Shown: one piece after another, positions 20,201 to 28,510 of the stretch
How the letters are laid out: every line of letters starts with the position of its first letter
Numbering within the stretch: position 1 is the stretch's first letter
Virus record (IMG/VR): IMGVR_UViG_3300045988_039444
Source: a virus
DNA: 64,000 bases
Strand: one strand, 5' to 3'
The notes under the pieces: model-generated
What the model was told of the DNA's origin: nothing
Databases searched by the model: none
What the model saw: the letters and a program-made list of their open reading frames with translations, nothing else
Position numbers and translations under genes: made by a program

Positions 20201-23200
20201 GAATTTTGTTGTTCACGAGTTAAGGCTTCAGTATATACTTTATAAAACTCTTTTGTTAAGTTAAATATTGTATCACTTCCACCAGCTTTTCTGATAATAG
20301 TATCTATAAATTTAGATGTTCCATAAGAATTACCAAAAGCAGAATCATATTGATTAACTCCACTTTCATCAATTCTACCTAATTGGATTCCATGATAAGT
20401 TTCACTATCACCTAAACCAATTCGTTCAATTAATAGTTTCTTACCATTTACATCTAAATTGACATCGACATTACCATCTTTATAAATAACTTCAAATTCC
20501 TGACCTTCGTGTAAAGTTCTTAAAGCATCAAATAATTCAGTAGCCTTGAATTTAACACCATTAACTGTAATGTTGTTCTTAATAACACGAGTTTTAGGAT
20601 TATAATATTCAGGACTTGTGATAATCTTATAAACTTCAGGTGTAAGACGACGTAAACCTTTGAAACCATTAGTTTCAAATTCACGTTGAATATGAGTTTT
20701 GAAGAAATCACTTAAAAACTTACCACGAAGATTTAAGTTACTATCAAGATAAGCACCGTCTGTTGTTTGAATAGGATTAGCAATTCGTTTATTAATAATA
20801 TCAAACAAACGTTTAAGAGCATCAAGTTGTTCTTGTGGAACACCATTCTTACTCATTTGTTGATATATTGTATTAACATTTACATCATTTTTAAAATATT
20901 TAAGTGCATACCAGATAGGTTCATAATATTTGATAACATCATTACGACCATCTGTTTGCTGATATATAGAATCAAGAATATCTTCGTAAGTATAAACGTG
21001 ATTATCAGTAAATATCTGACGACCATCGAGTTTTACAATAGTATTTTCAATAGCATCAAGAGCATTACGCATTGAATCACTAATATAATAACGATAGTCA
21101 TTAGTATTAAACTCATCTCTCGATTCAGTATCATCTATAAAGTCAGAAACACTGTTAGCAAGTACATCAAGACTATTAAGAATAGATACATCATCGTTTA
21201 ATTCAGTACCACTTTCAAAATTATAATATCTCGAAAGAATAGAATAAGCCATTCGAGCATTTCTTAATAAATCAAGAACATTACTTTGACGAACAGCAGT
21301 AATAACATCCACACCAGTAAGATTCAAAGCATCAACATCAGATACCAAATAAGGTTGAATTGATTGAGCTAATGTATGAAGTCTTGTACGAGCAGGAAGA
21401 TTAGGAACAGCACCATATTCTAAAAACTCTTTTGCTAAATTATTTACGGCAGTAGCAAATTCCATAATTTTAGAAGTTTGACTACCAAAGCCATCATCAT
21501 TTACAAGAGCATCATGTAACGGACTATCTTCATCTTGTCTAATAGCACGAATTTTACTAATAAATCTATTCATCACACTATTAATATATGCGATATTAGT
21601 TTTGTAAAATTCAGTTGTACTTTTAGCTACTTCATTAATAATACTATTTTTGAATAGAGTTATCTTATGATAGAAATTTGAATATCTAACAGTATCAAAA
21701 TTACTATTAAGATTTTCAAATTTAATTTGAGTAAGACCTTCAATTTGTGCTCGAATTACATTATGGTCTACATTAATATTCTTAAGAGTTAATTTACCAT
21801 CAGTTATAATATAATTATTGTTAAGAACATTAGCAACGTTAGCAATATAGTCAGTAATAGCTTCACGCATTTTAGCATTTTCCTCTTCACTATAACCAAC
21901 TATATCACCACCGTAAAGATTCCAAATCCAATCTTTGAAAAGATTAGATTTAAGATTATTTGCAATACGGATATTGCTATCTGATAATAACTGTTTTACA
22001 CGATTAGTTTTTTCTAAATTTTCATTACTAATTTCAGTAGGTTGATATTCATTTATCCAACCAATAAAATTACCAATAATAGTAGTTCGTAACGTATTAA
22101 GTTCAGTATTATCAATAGGAGATAATAATGCTTTATAAGTATCACTATTAGAATCAGATAATTCTTTATACAGATTTATAATAGTATCTAAATAATGATT
22201 CTCAAATTTATCTGCTGAAAGTTTATCTTGAATACTATAAAGTGTTTTATAAATAGCATCAAATTTAGTTTGAACTTCACTTCGAATTTCAGTAATATCC
22301 ATACCTGCAAGTTCTTTTGCAGAATATGTATCTTCTTTACCAGTCGAATCATCTTTTATAGTAACCATTACAGCATTAAAATCGGTTTCGTCGTCGGTTA
22401 CGACCTCGATTCTTTGCACGGTTTTGGGCGATTCTGCGACATTAAATTTTGAGCCTACCGAATATACCTTATTTTTAATATCGACGGTATTTGGGGCCTC
22501 GCTGTCATCGAGAGAGTACGAAATCCCGTTACTGTCTGTTAGCACCTCGGTAGTAACATTTTCGGGTTCTTGACTTGCTTCTTGATTAGTAGTTTCAGTA
22601 GTTTCTTCTACTTTATCTTTAGCTTTTTCAATCTCTTCTTGTTTATCATAAACTTCTTTAAGTAACTTACTTCGTTCAGCCATAATCTCATCTCGATTAT
22701 TAACATTTTCTTCGAGAGCCATTACAGCCATACTCAGTTGAGTTCGAGCTTCTTCAAGAGATTTATATGTTTGATTATTGTTATTGCGAGTTTCACGCAA
22801 ACGTTTTGCAGCTTCATTATATTCAGCTACATTGTTATTTTCACGTTCACTCTGTTTTGCAATATCGCTATTAATTCTATTAAGTCTTGCATCGTAATCA
22901 GCTAAATCATTTTCAAATAATTCAATCTTCCTACGAGTATCAGCAATCTCACCATTATGAATAGCAAGTTCTTGTTCGTATTGAAGTTTACCAACTTCTA
23001 ATTCTGCAATAGCTTGACGAGCATTTGCAATTTGTTGTTGAAGACTTAAAATAGATTTCTTACTATTTTTAATTTCAAGAAGATAAGGTTTACGAGCTTT
23101 ACGATTAGGTTGTTTTGTACTAATAGCACCTTGATTAGCAATATAAGTATTTAACTCATCAATTTGAGATTGTAAACCATTGATTGTATCTTCAATAGTT

Positions 23201-25272
23201 TTAATCTTATTTACTAATCGAGTACGCTTACCTTTAAGTGTACTAATCGCTTTATTACGAGTTTTATCTTCAAGCTGAGTTTTATAATCTTCAATAACTT
23301 TTTGCAGTTCTTCACGTTCTTGTTCAAGAACAGTTTTTTCTACATTTAAACTATGAAGTTTACTATCAATAGCTTTAAGGGCTTCATCTCGTTGCTTACG
23401 AAGATTAGACGCTTCAATATCGAAAGTTTGAATATCAGTATCAACGATAGCTAATTGACGACGATAATAGTCAAGTAAATAATCATCAGTTGATGCCTGA
23501 ACTTTAAGAACATTGTCGAAAGGATTACCCCAACTTAAACCCATATTACGAGCATGAATATCTCGCATAATAGTAAATTCTCTACGAAGAGCATCTACGA
23601 CAGGTCGTTTATTAGCACCGTAAACTTCTTCAAGTTGAGCATCTGATAATTTACTTAATTCATCAAAATATTCAACAGCATAATTGAATCCATTAGCAGA
23701 ACCAATTCTACCCATAATACCAACAAGTAAATTTGAAGCAGGGTCAGTAATAGTTCTATTAACTTTCGGAGTACCATCATTATTCATAACTTGATTACCA
23801 GCTTCATCTAAAACTGGTATTTCAGTTACTTTAATATTCATATCACCGTCAAAATCAGCAATAGCTGCGGCAGTATCTTGAATACCATTTATAATGTTAG
23901 TAGCTCGCTTATTTTCAGCTTCTTGTTGAGCTTTACCATTAAGTATTCGTGTAACACCACTACGTCCAGCAGACATTACACCACCACCGATAGCACCCCA
24001 AATAAAACTATCCCATGAAGAAGCTTGTTCAACAAGTCTTCCCATACGAGCTAACGGAGTTAAATCAGCAGTTTCATCTTCAATTCCAAGTTCTTTCTTT
24101 GCGGCAACGACACCTTCATTAAGTGCCATATCAACTCGCATTTCTTCAAGACCTTCAGATAAAGCAACAGAAAAGAAATCTTTTGTTTTACGAAGTCCAA
24201 TACTCGGAATAAGTTTACGATTAAGTTTAGATGCTTCACTATCTAAAACAAAAGTCTTACCTTGTTGTGCAAGACCTTTTATATTACTTCTTAAACCCTT
24301 TTCAATAGAAATACTATTAACTGGAGCTTCTCTAATACCACGAAGCATACTATTGAGTTCAATAGCATTAAATAATACTCCATAAGCCCAAGCATCATTG
24401 TAACTTTCAGAAGCATAAACAGATGCAAACTTACGAGCATCATCTTCACTGAAACCTAAATCGAGAGCATATTGATATTGTTCATCATAACCACGAACAA
24501 TTTCTTCCATACTATCGAGATGTGCTCCGTATAAAGTACCAATTATCTGTTGAGTATAAGGATTTTGTAATGCACGACCTGCTTTATTCAATGCAGAACC
24601 TAAACGGCCAACACCGTTAATCATGGTTCCTAATTTACCAACAGCTTGTAAAGCTCGCATTTGTCCAATAACAGGAAGCATAGATGCGGCCGCAGAACCT
24701 ACGGTAGGAAACATACTTGCCCACCAAGTAGCATCACCCATACCACCAGCAAAACCACCTTTTTGAGCTTGTTCTGTTTGATAAATAGGAATTGCTTTAC
24801 GACCCCAATTTTCAATATCTTTACCTATTCTCTGCCATTCAGAACCAAGACCTTCGTTGATAGCTTTGTCCCATTTATATTTGGCATTATCATCCCATAT
24901 TTGACTAATAGCACGATATGTAGTAGGAAAGAAATTAAGAATACTACCAATACCAGTAATAGTACCACCGAAAATAGTAGTTCCTAATTGACCAATAGCA
25001 TTTTTAGTTAAATACCAACCACTTTGATTTTGTGCTCTATTTTCGTTAAGAACACTTAAATCAAGATTAGGATTAACTTGACCTCGACCTAATATATTTT
25101 CGTATTCAGAAATATTAAAAGGTCGAATTGAAGATTGTTTTGCACCACGAGCTTTTTCTATTTCCATGCTCGGTAAAACAGGAGTAGCTCCTACTCCAGA
25201 AACTTGTGTTTCAACCGGAGTAAGAGCTTGAGAACCTGTAATAGGAATCTTAATATCTGTTAAATTTGGCAT
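17296..25272 (-). CDS. Giant virion/ejection-type protein (2658 aa) with an N-terminal Gly-rich hydrophobic region and a long coiled-coil. Tape-measure- or internal-cargo-like.
   Basis: Uninterrupted 8-kb ORF. Gly-rich segments (GGFAGGMGDATWWASMF…, VGKLGTMINGVGRLGSALNKAG) and a ~400-aa heptad-rich coiled coil. The C-terminal region carries one full and one partial in-frame copy of the GC-rich element. Confidence 0.8.
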   Translation of the reverse strand: MPNLTDIKIPITGSQALTPVETQVSGVGATPVLPSMEIEKARGAKQSSIRPFNISEYENILGRGQVNPNLDLSVLNENRAQNQSGWYLTKNAIGQLGTTIFGGTITGIGSILNFFPTTYRAISQIWDDNAKYKWDKAINEGLGSEWQRIGKDIENWGRKAIPIYQTEQAQKGGFAGGMGDATWWASMFPTVGSAAASMLPVIGQMRALQAVGKLGTMINGVGRLGSALNKAGRALQNPYTQQIIGTLYGAHLDSMEEIVRGYDEQYQYALDLGFSEDDARKFASVYASESYNDAWAYGVLFNAIELNSMLRGIREAPVNSISIEKGLRSNIKGLAQQGKTFVLDSEASKLNRKLIPSIGLRKTKDFFSVALSEGLEEMRVDMALNEGVVAAKKELGIEDETADLTPLARMGRLVEQASSWDSFIWGAIGGGVMSAGRSGVTRILNGKAQQEAENKRATNIINGIQDTAAAIADFDGDMNIKVTEIPVLDEAGNQVMNNDGTPKVNRTITDPASNLLVGIMGRIGSANGFNYAVEYFDELSKLSDAQLEEVYGANKRPVVDALRREFTIMRDIHARNMGLSWGNPFDNVLKVQASTDDYLLDYYRRQLAIVDTDIQTFDIEASNLRKQRDEALKAIDSKLHSLNVEKTVLEQEREELQKVIEDYKTQLEDKTRNKAISTLKGKRTRLVNKIKTIEDTINGLQSQIDELNTYIANQGAISTKQPNRKARKPYLLEIKNSKKSILSLQQQIANARQAIAELEVGKLQYEQELAIHNGEIADTRRKIELFENDLADYDARLNRINSDIAKQSERENNNVAEYNEAAKRLRETRNNNNQTYKSLEEARTQLSMAVMALEENVNNRDEIMAERSKLLKEVYDKQEEIEKAKDKVEETTETTNQEASQEPENVTTEVLTDSNGISYSLDDSEAPNTVDIKNKVYSVGSKFNVAESPKTVQRIEVVTDDETDFNAVMVTIKDDSTGKEDTYSAKELAGMDITEIRSEVQTKFDAIYKTLYSIQDKLSADKFENHYLDTIINLYKELSDSNSDTYKALLSPIDNTELNTLRTTIIGNFIGWINEYQPTEISNENLEKTNRVKQLLSDSNIRIANNLKSNLFKDWIWNLYGGDIVGYSEEENAKMREAITDYIANVANVLNNNYIITDGKLTLKNINVDHNVIRAQIEGLTQIKFENLNSNFDTVRYSNFYHKITLFKNSIINEVAKSTTEFYKTNIAYINSVMNRFISKIRAIRQDEDSPLHDALVNDDGFGSQTSKIMEFATAVNNLAKEFLEYGAVPNLPARTRLHTLAQSIQPYLVSDVDALNLTGVDVITAVRQSNVLDLLRNARMAYSILSRYYNFESGTELNDDVSILNSLDVLANSVSDFIDDTESRDEFNTNDYRYYISDSMRNALDAIENTIVKLDGRQIFTDNHVYTYEDILDSIYQQTDGRNDVIKYYEPIWYALKYFKNDVNVNTIYQQMSKNGVPQEQLDALKRLFDIINKRIANPIQTTDGAYLDSNLNLRGKFLSDFFKTHIQREFETNGFKGLRRLTPEVYKIITSPEYYNPKTRVIKNNITVNGVKFKATELFDALRTLHEGQEFEVIYKDGNVDVNLDVNGKKLLIERIGLGDSETYHGIQLGRIDESGVNQYDSAFGNSYGTSKFIDTIIRKAGGSDTIFNLTKEFYKVYTEALTREQQNSDSVVSKLKSIIKELDKYGNTSKTEHSEIINAFIGAIQYNTEVEGVSPEAFDIEALDLNKVYYLISPMFYNVRLKNLNDYVRYGLRIKNAYQNLNTKLGNDFIQSQKLVTEIKEKGSAILVLKGINKSPITFADSSGYRANVNEEMQRTVTVNGKPAVNIIQRQPDADGLMLVSSLTTDTAFNNPIVEDKITSSDRHFQMYAEIQANAGENGKSYVPLHRGNLVSDVADTPFNVAAMEFVTQTMSDIISDATFTSLPTDAKSGLYTLVDDTNKTRTKAHNANIRSRLAPLSEAIITSYNRGVPGAEWFNISSLYENTDPATGKTRYIKHLDFQTVVRKKNILGNGISYINRISIEYTKSGDKFTPVKLRLSRRVIPVNRTTSKVRIAKSPFTARELAQLNGIIEKSKSNKGTYAVIDLQARGITGKDLTDLLNHNLFRKLYGNMQRSVTTALQGDHYTYGVKTDDGYAAVKGQYKSKILDWAKQQGIVDKSVSSTFDSMQDFILDTGALTTSVIGIRDTNGNVVTNYTIDSIQPAMFFELKSESSDNPIRESEDMTKEFAVKAITTLSSMTSDTETNWYQKLVNITDDKVAGLRVLGVIPDFVSEDVANRIAELYDRIYADGKTNFSIKKLSSKQDFIIAQYDKGTETIVINSNKLTKRDFTATDLGVNITHESLHKYFEQQANSKELYDKLATLISDINDTAFKVDAKEFNAKYKSDLTELELGYLRTYLKILSETPAEIVTYAFTNKQFANLANRIIVEEAPKIKKRKSLWDKIIDAILSVIGIDTITDNSLLSNVRNIVINSLDSVNSRRAKSPTSGRATSSPTGERSAGRSPAAEPTSVTTNQTNVTNDATHDNLSVTEPIKTSDVPLTENQRAAQAELDFLDDDGEITFDDNNSETLNSLDVSDIGPNIVIPGGGVGLTPTGQVFSNSSENVLNNQKNVVSSNGGYVIEFIDKYIDDNNNKIC
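17421..17454. repeat. GC-rich repeat element, partial/degenerate core-only copy. Lies inside the 2658-aa CDS, in frame.
   Basis: GACCAGTGGGCGTCAAACCCACTCCCCCACCGGG versus consensus GACAAGTGGGCGTGCAACCTCCTGCCCCACCGGG, about 85% identity. Translated as …GVGLTPTGQ… within the ORF. Confidence 0.7.
17684..17752. repeat. GC-rich repeat element, full copy with a CTGGGC-TTC-GCCCAG hairpin. Inserted in frame within the 2658-aa CDS.
   Basis: GGCTCCGCTGCTGGGCTTCGCCCAGCGCTCCGCTCCCCGGTGGGAGAGGAGGTTGCACGCCCACTGGTCGG. Encodes …SPTSGRATSSPTGERSAGRSPAAEP… on the minus strand. The ORF continues about 390 nt beyond it, so the insertion is within coding sequence. Confidence 0.85.
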
Positions 25273-25276
25273 ATGT

Positions 25277-28200
25277 TTAATATCCTATATTAGCATTATT
25301 AATTCTATTGTTTTGAATAGCTTCTGCTGCTTCTTGCATATCAAGAAGTATTCCATATTGTGTTAATACATATTCAGAAATAGGTCTTAATGCTTCATTA
25401 ATTGTATCATAATATTGAATATTGTTAGTGGTAATACCATTTATAGTATAAAGACTATTCGGAATAGCATTATATCCAAACTGACCATAATGAACAGAAC
25501 CGTCAGTATATGTTAATCCACTAATATCTTTTATATAATAACCTTGCGTAGTTCTACCGATTTCAACTTTACGACTATTTCCATCAATAGAATTATTAAA
25601 AGGTTCGTGAATATTCAAATTATATTCAACTTTACCTAAATCATCAACAGTTCTTTGAAGGTCTGCGATATTTGCAACAGCAGGACTATTGTTAGCACCA
25701 GTGGTATCGAAATCAATAAATCCCGAAGCGTATTGAGATTCAATCATTCCAGCACTACGTTGTAAACCTTCACCACCAATTTTAGCATAAGGTTTAATAT
25801 TACGGTAATTATCAAGAATTTGACGAGCAATAGTAGATGGGTCTATTTGTTCAGAGAAAATAATATTACCACGAGCAGCACCGGTTTCATCGAAAAGAGT
25901 AATCGCATATTCATTACGGCCTTCACGAGCTGCAATTCCATTAGCAATTGGACTAACCTCAGTCTTATAAATATCATAATCAAGACCAAGTTCTTTACCC
26001 GAAAGAGGTTTAGAATTTTTAGTAGCATTACTCTGACGAGTTACACTTGTACCTTTCGAATTAATAGTAGTCGAAGTAGGGAACGCATCAAAGTTCATGT
26101 ACTTAGCTAATTGCATTCCGGTAAGACCAATACCTTCTCCAGACGAAGTTTGAACAACGCTAATATTACCAGCACCTTTTTTCCAATTTACCATAGCAGC
26201 TGCCATGTAATTTTGTTGGAATCTTGAAGGATTAGCAATAATCTCACGAGTTGCTGTAAATTCAAGAGGTGCATCAGCAATAGCTTTACGATAACGATTT
26301 GAAACATTATCTGCTGCATTAGACAAAGTAGATTCAAACTCTTCTTTTGTCAGCATATCACCAAGATATTTAGCTCCAGTTGTTACACCATCTTTTCGTA
26401 CCCAAGTACTACTATATGTTTCAGGATTATAAAGTTCTTTATAATTTTGATTTATATAATCAACATATTTATCATAACTATCAAGTCTGTTATCAAGAAT
26501 AATTTTAGCTTCTTCGTTATTAACTCGATACCAACCTATACCACCTTCAATCTTATCTCGATGTTTATTCCAAGTATCAAATATAGAATTAAGTTGAATT
26601 TCGTCAGAACGAAGTTTAGCTTGAAGATTATTATAATTACGTTGAGCAGTCTGAACTTGTAAGAGTTTACCTTTAAGATTAGCTGCTGTTTCTTCATCAA
26701 GACCTGCTGAATCAACTAATCTTTCAGCAGTAGAAATATTTAGTGTTTTAACAATATTACCATCTCCCGGATTAAGACCTAAAATTCCAAGTTCATCAGA
26801 TGTAAATATCTGATTCATAGAATTTGAAAGTTTAGTCATTTGGTCAGTAATTTCATTACGACGATTAATGTTTTCTGCAACACTATCACCAGTAACTTCA
26901 AAACCACCTAATGTATCAAGATACGGAGCATATTGTTGAAGAGTTTCAAGTTCTTGTTGCTTACCTTTTGCACGAGCTTTAACATAAGCTGTATAACCGG
27001 GATTAGCAATTAAACCAACCGTAGTCTTAATATCTTGATAAGAATATAAACCTGCGGCAGCACCAGCTAAACTTTGAATATTATTGTTAATAAATTGACC
27101 AGACAAAACACTTTGTGTAAAAGCTGTTCTATCAAGATTCTCAATATCATCAGTAGCACCAAGTACACCCTTAGCGTAACTTTCAAACATTTTATCTACA
27201 TAATTCTGTAAACCAGCTTGAATAAGTTCAGGTGGAACTTGAACTTTATTCTGTAATATATCGAGAACATTAACTCCATATTCCTTATTAACAGTATCTA
27301 ACAAAGTTTTAACTTCAGCAGGTAATTTAGAATTAACAGTAAACTTACCGTCTTTTGTAGGAGCACCAAGTTCATTTACGTTAATACCTAAACCATTAAG
27401 AGCGAACATTGTAGGATTACCAGCGAATAAAGGAGCATAATCTTCTAATTCATAATCTCTTAAATGTCCACCAGCAGAACTATCATCTTTTACAAATCGA
27501 GTAAGAGCATCTTGATTCTGCCAAATAGTAGTAAGATAATTAGTATAATCAGGATTAGATTTGAGTAATGACATAGCATAACTCATAATCTCTTGCTCTG
27601 TAATACCTTCTCTTTCACTACCAGTTTTAACAAAGTGACTTGCTAACTTTTCACCATCGAAACCTGTTGCAACATCTAATCCATACTGACGTATCATATC
27701 AGGATTAGTAACAAGATTTTCAAATGATACTTTATCAGCTTTAGCTTTTGAAAGAATATCAAATACGTCTTTTTGATATTTATTTACATCGAACTTTTTA
27801 CCGATTTGAACTCCGTTAAAACCACCGCTTACAACAGTATTAGTTTCTGCATCATAAACAATATCAGAAGATTGTAAACGACTACGAAGCAAGAAAGCAT
27901 TTTGATTTTGAGTATCCCAATCACTCTTTTTCAAATCTTCTATATATTGCTGTTCTAAAGCGTAATCAGCTTGAACAGCTTTAAGACCTTCATTAGTCAG
28001 AATATTCTCAGTTTGCTTATAAATATAATCATCTGCTGCAAACCAATTATCTTGTTCCTTAAATTCATTAGCACCTTCAACAATCTTAGCTCTTTCAGAA
28101 TCAAGGACTTTTTGTCCACGAGAAGTTACTTTAATTTGACTTAAAGGATTAGCAATTCTGTTAATATATGCTTCACGATTTTGGTAATACTTTTGATTCA

Positions 28201-28297
28201 AAGCATTTCCAACAGCAGCATATACACTTCCATAATCTTGTAATTGTGGAGTTTTTAATGTATTAGTATCGTATCGACCTATTGCAATTTCTGCCAT
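25277..28297 (-). CDS. Large virion/tail-associated protein (about 1006 aa from the internal Met; the ORF track extends it to 28405 through the GC element).
   Basis: Long ORF. The start is placed at ATG 28297-28295 (MAEIAIGRY…), because the upstream 36 codons (MGVQPPAPPGSGAAGRSPAGG…) are the stop-free GC-rich element read in frame. The longer start cannot be excluded. Confidence 0.7.
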   Translation of the reverse strand: MAEIAIGRYDTNTLKTPQLQDYGSVYAAVGNALNQKYYQNREAYINRIANPLSQIKVTSRGQKVLDSERAKIVEGANEFKEQDNWFAADDYIYKQTENILTNEGLKAVQADYALEQQYIEDLKKSDWDTQNQNAFLLRSRLQSSDIVYDAETNTVVSGGFNGVQIGKKFDVNKYQKDVFDILSKAKADKVSFENLVTNPDMIRQYGLDVATGFDGEKLASHFVKTGSEREGITEQEIMSYAMSLLKSNPDYTNYLTTIWQNQDALTRFVKDDSSAGGHLRDYELEDYAPLFAGNPTMFALNGLGINVNELGAPTKDGKFTVNSKLPAEVKTLLDTVNKEYGVNVLDILQNKVQVPPELIQAGLQNYVDKMFESYAKGVLGATDDIENLDRTAFTQSVLSGQFINNNIQSLAGAAAGLYSYQDIKTTVGLIANPGYTAYVKARAKGKQQELETLQQYAPYLDTLGGFEVTGDSVAENINRRNEITDQMTKLSNSMNQIFTSDELGILGLNPGDGNIVKTLNISTAERLVDSAGLDEETAANLKGKLLQVQTAQRNYNNLQAKLRSDEIQLNSIFDTWNKHRDKIEGGIGWYRVNNEEAKIILDNRLDSYDKYVDYINQNYKELYNPETYSSTWVRKDGVTTGAKYLGDMLTKEEFESTLSNAADNVSNRYRKAIADAPLEFTATREIIANPSRFQQNYMAAAMVNWKKGAGNISVVQTSSGEGIGLTGMQLAKYMNFDAFPTSTTINSKGTSVTRQSNATKNSKPLSGKELGLDYDIYKTEVSPIANGIAAREGRNEYAITLFDETGAARGNIIFSEQIDPSTIARQILDNYRNIKPYAKIGGEGLQRSAGMIESQYASGFIDFDTTGANNSPAVANIADLQRTVDDLGKVEYNLNIHEPFNNSIDGNSRKVEIGRTTQGYYIKDISGLTYTDGSVHYGQFGYNAIPNSLYTINGITTNNIQYYDTINEALRPISEYVLTQYGILLDMQEAAEAIQNNRINNANIGY

Positions 28298-28333
28298 AAT
28301 TTTATAATGATTAGTTTGTAAATTAGTTGTAAC

Positions 28334-28412
28334 TCGTATGGCTCCGCCTGCTGGGCTTCGCCCAGCGGCTCCGCTCCCCGGTGGGGCAGGAGGTTGCACG
28401 CCCACTTGTCGC
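28334..28412. repeat. GC-rich repeat element, full copy (CTGGGC-TTC-GCCCAG hairpin flanked by direct GCTCCGC). Intergenic between the 1005-aa and 1042-aa genes.
   Basis: …CTCGTATGGCTCCGCCTGCTGGGCTTCGCCCAGCGGCTCCGCTCCCCGGTGGGGCAGGAGGTTGCACGCCCACTTGTCGCG. Confidence 0.9.
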
Positions 28413-28510
28413 GCGTGTTTGTACCACTATTTGTATCATTACAAATATACAAAAAATCGTGAATATCGGACTATCCTATAAAAGAATAATCCGATATATC
28501 ACGCATCATA

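Noticed and set aside
28390-28396. AGGAGG inside the element core as a Shine-Dalgarno sequence.
   Set aside because: In every copy the motif lies at least 45 nt from the nearest start codon, or on the wrong strand. The genes here show no SD sequences in general, consistent with a Bacteroidota host.
28298-28405. N-terminal extensions that read through GC elements: the 1042-aa ORF (MGVQPPAPPGSGAAGRSPAGG…) and the 135-aa ORF 51172..51579 (MTSGRATSCPTGERGRRPS…). Also the plus-strand ORFs 28381..28569, 31457..31780 and 51516..51749.
   Set aside because: GC-rich sequence lacks stop codons, so ORFs extend through the element by chance. Internal Met codons at 28297 and 51462 give conventional spacing. 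The extensions are exactly the repeat translated in frame, so they were treated as artefacts of ORF calling. This is not excluded experimentally.
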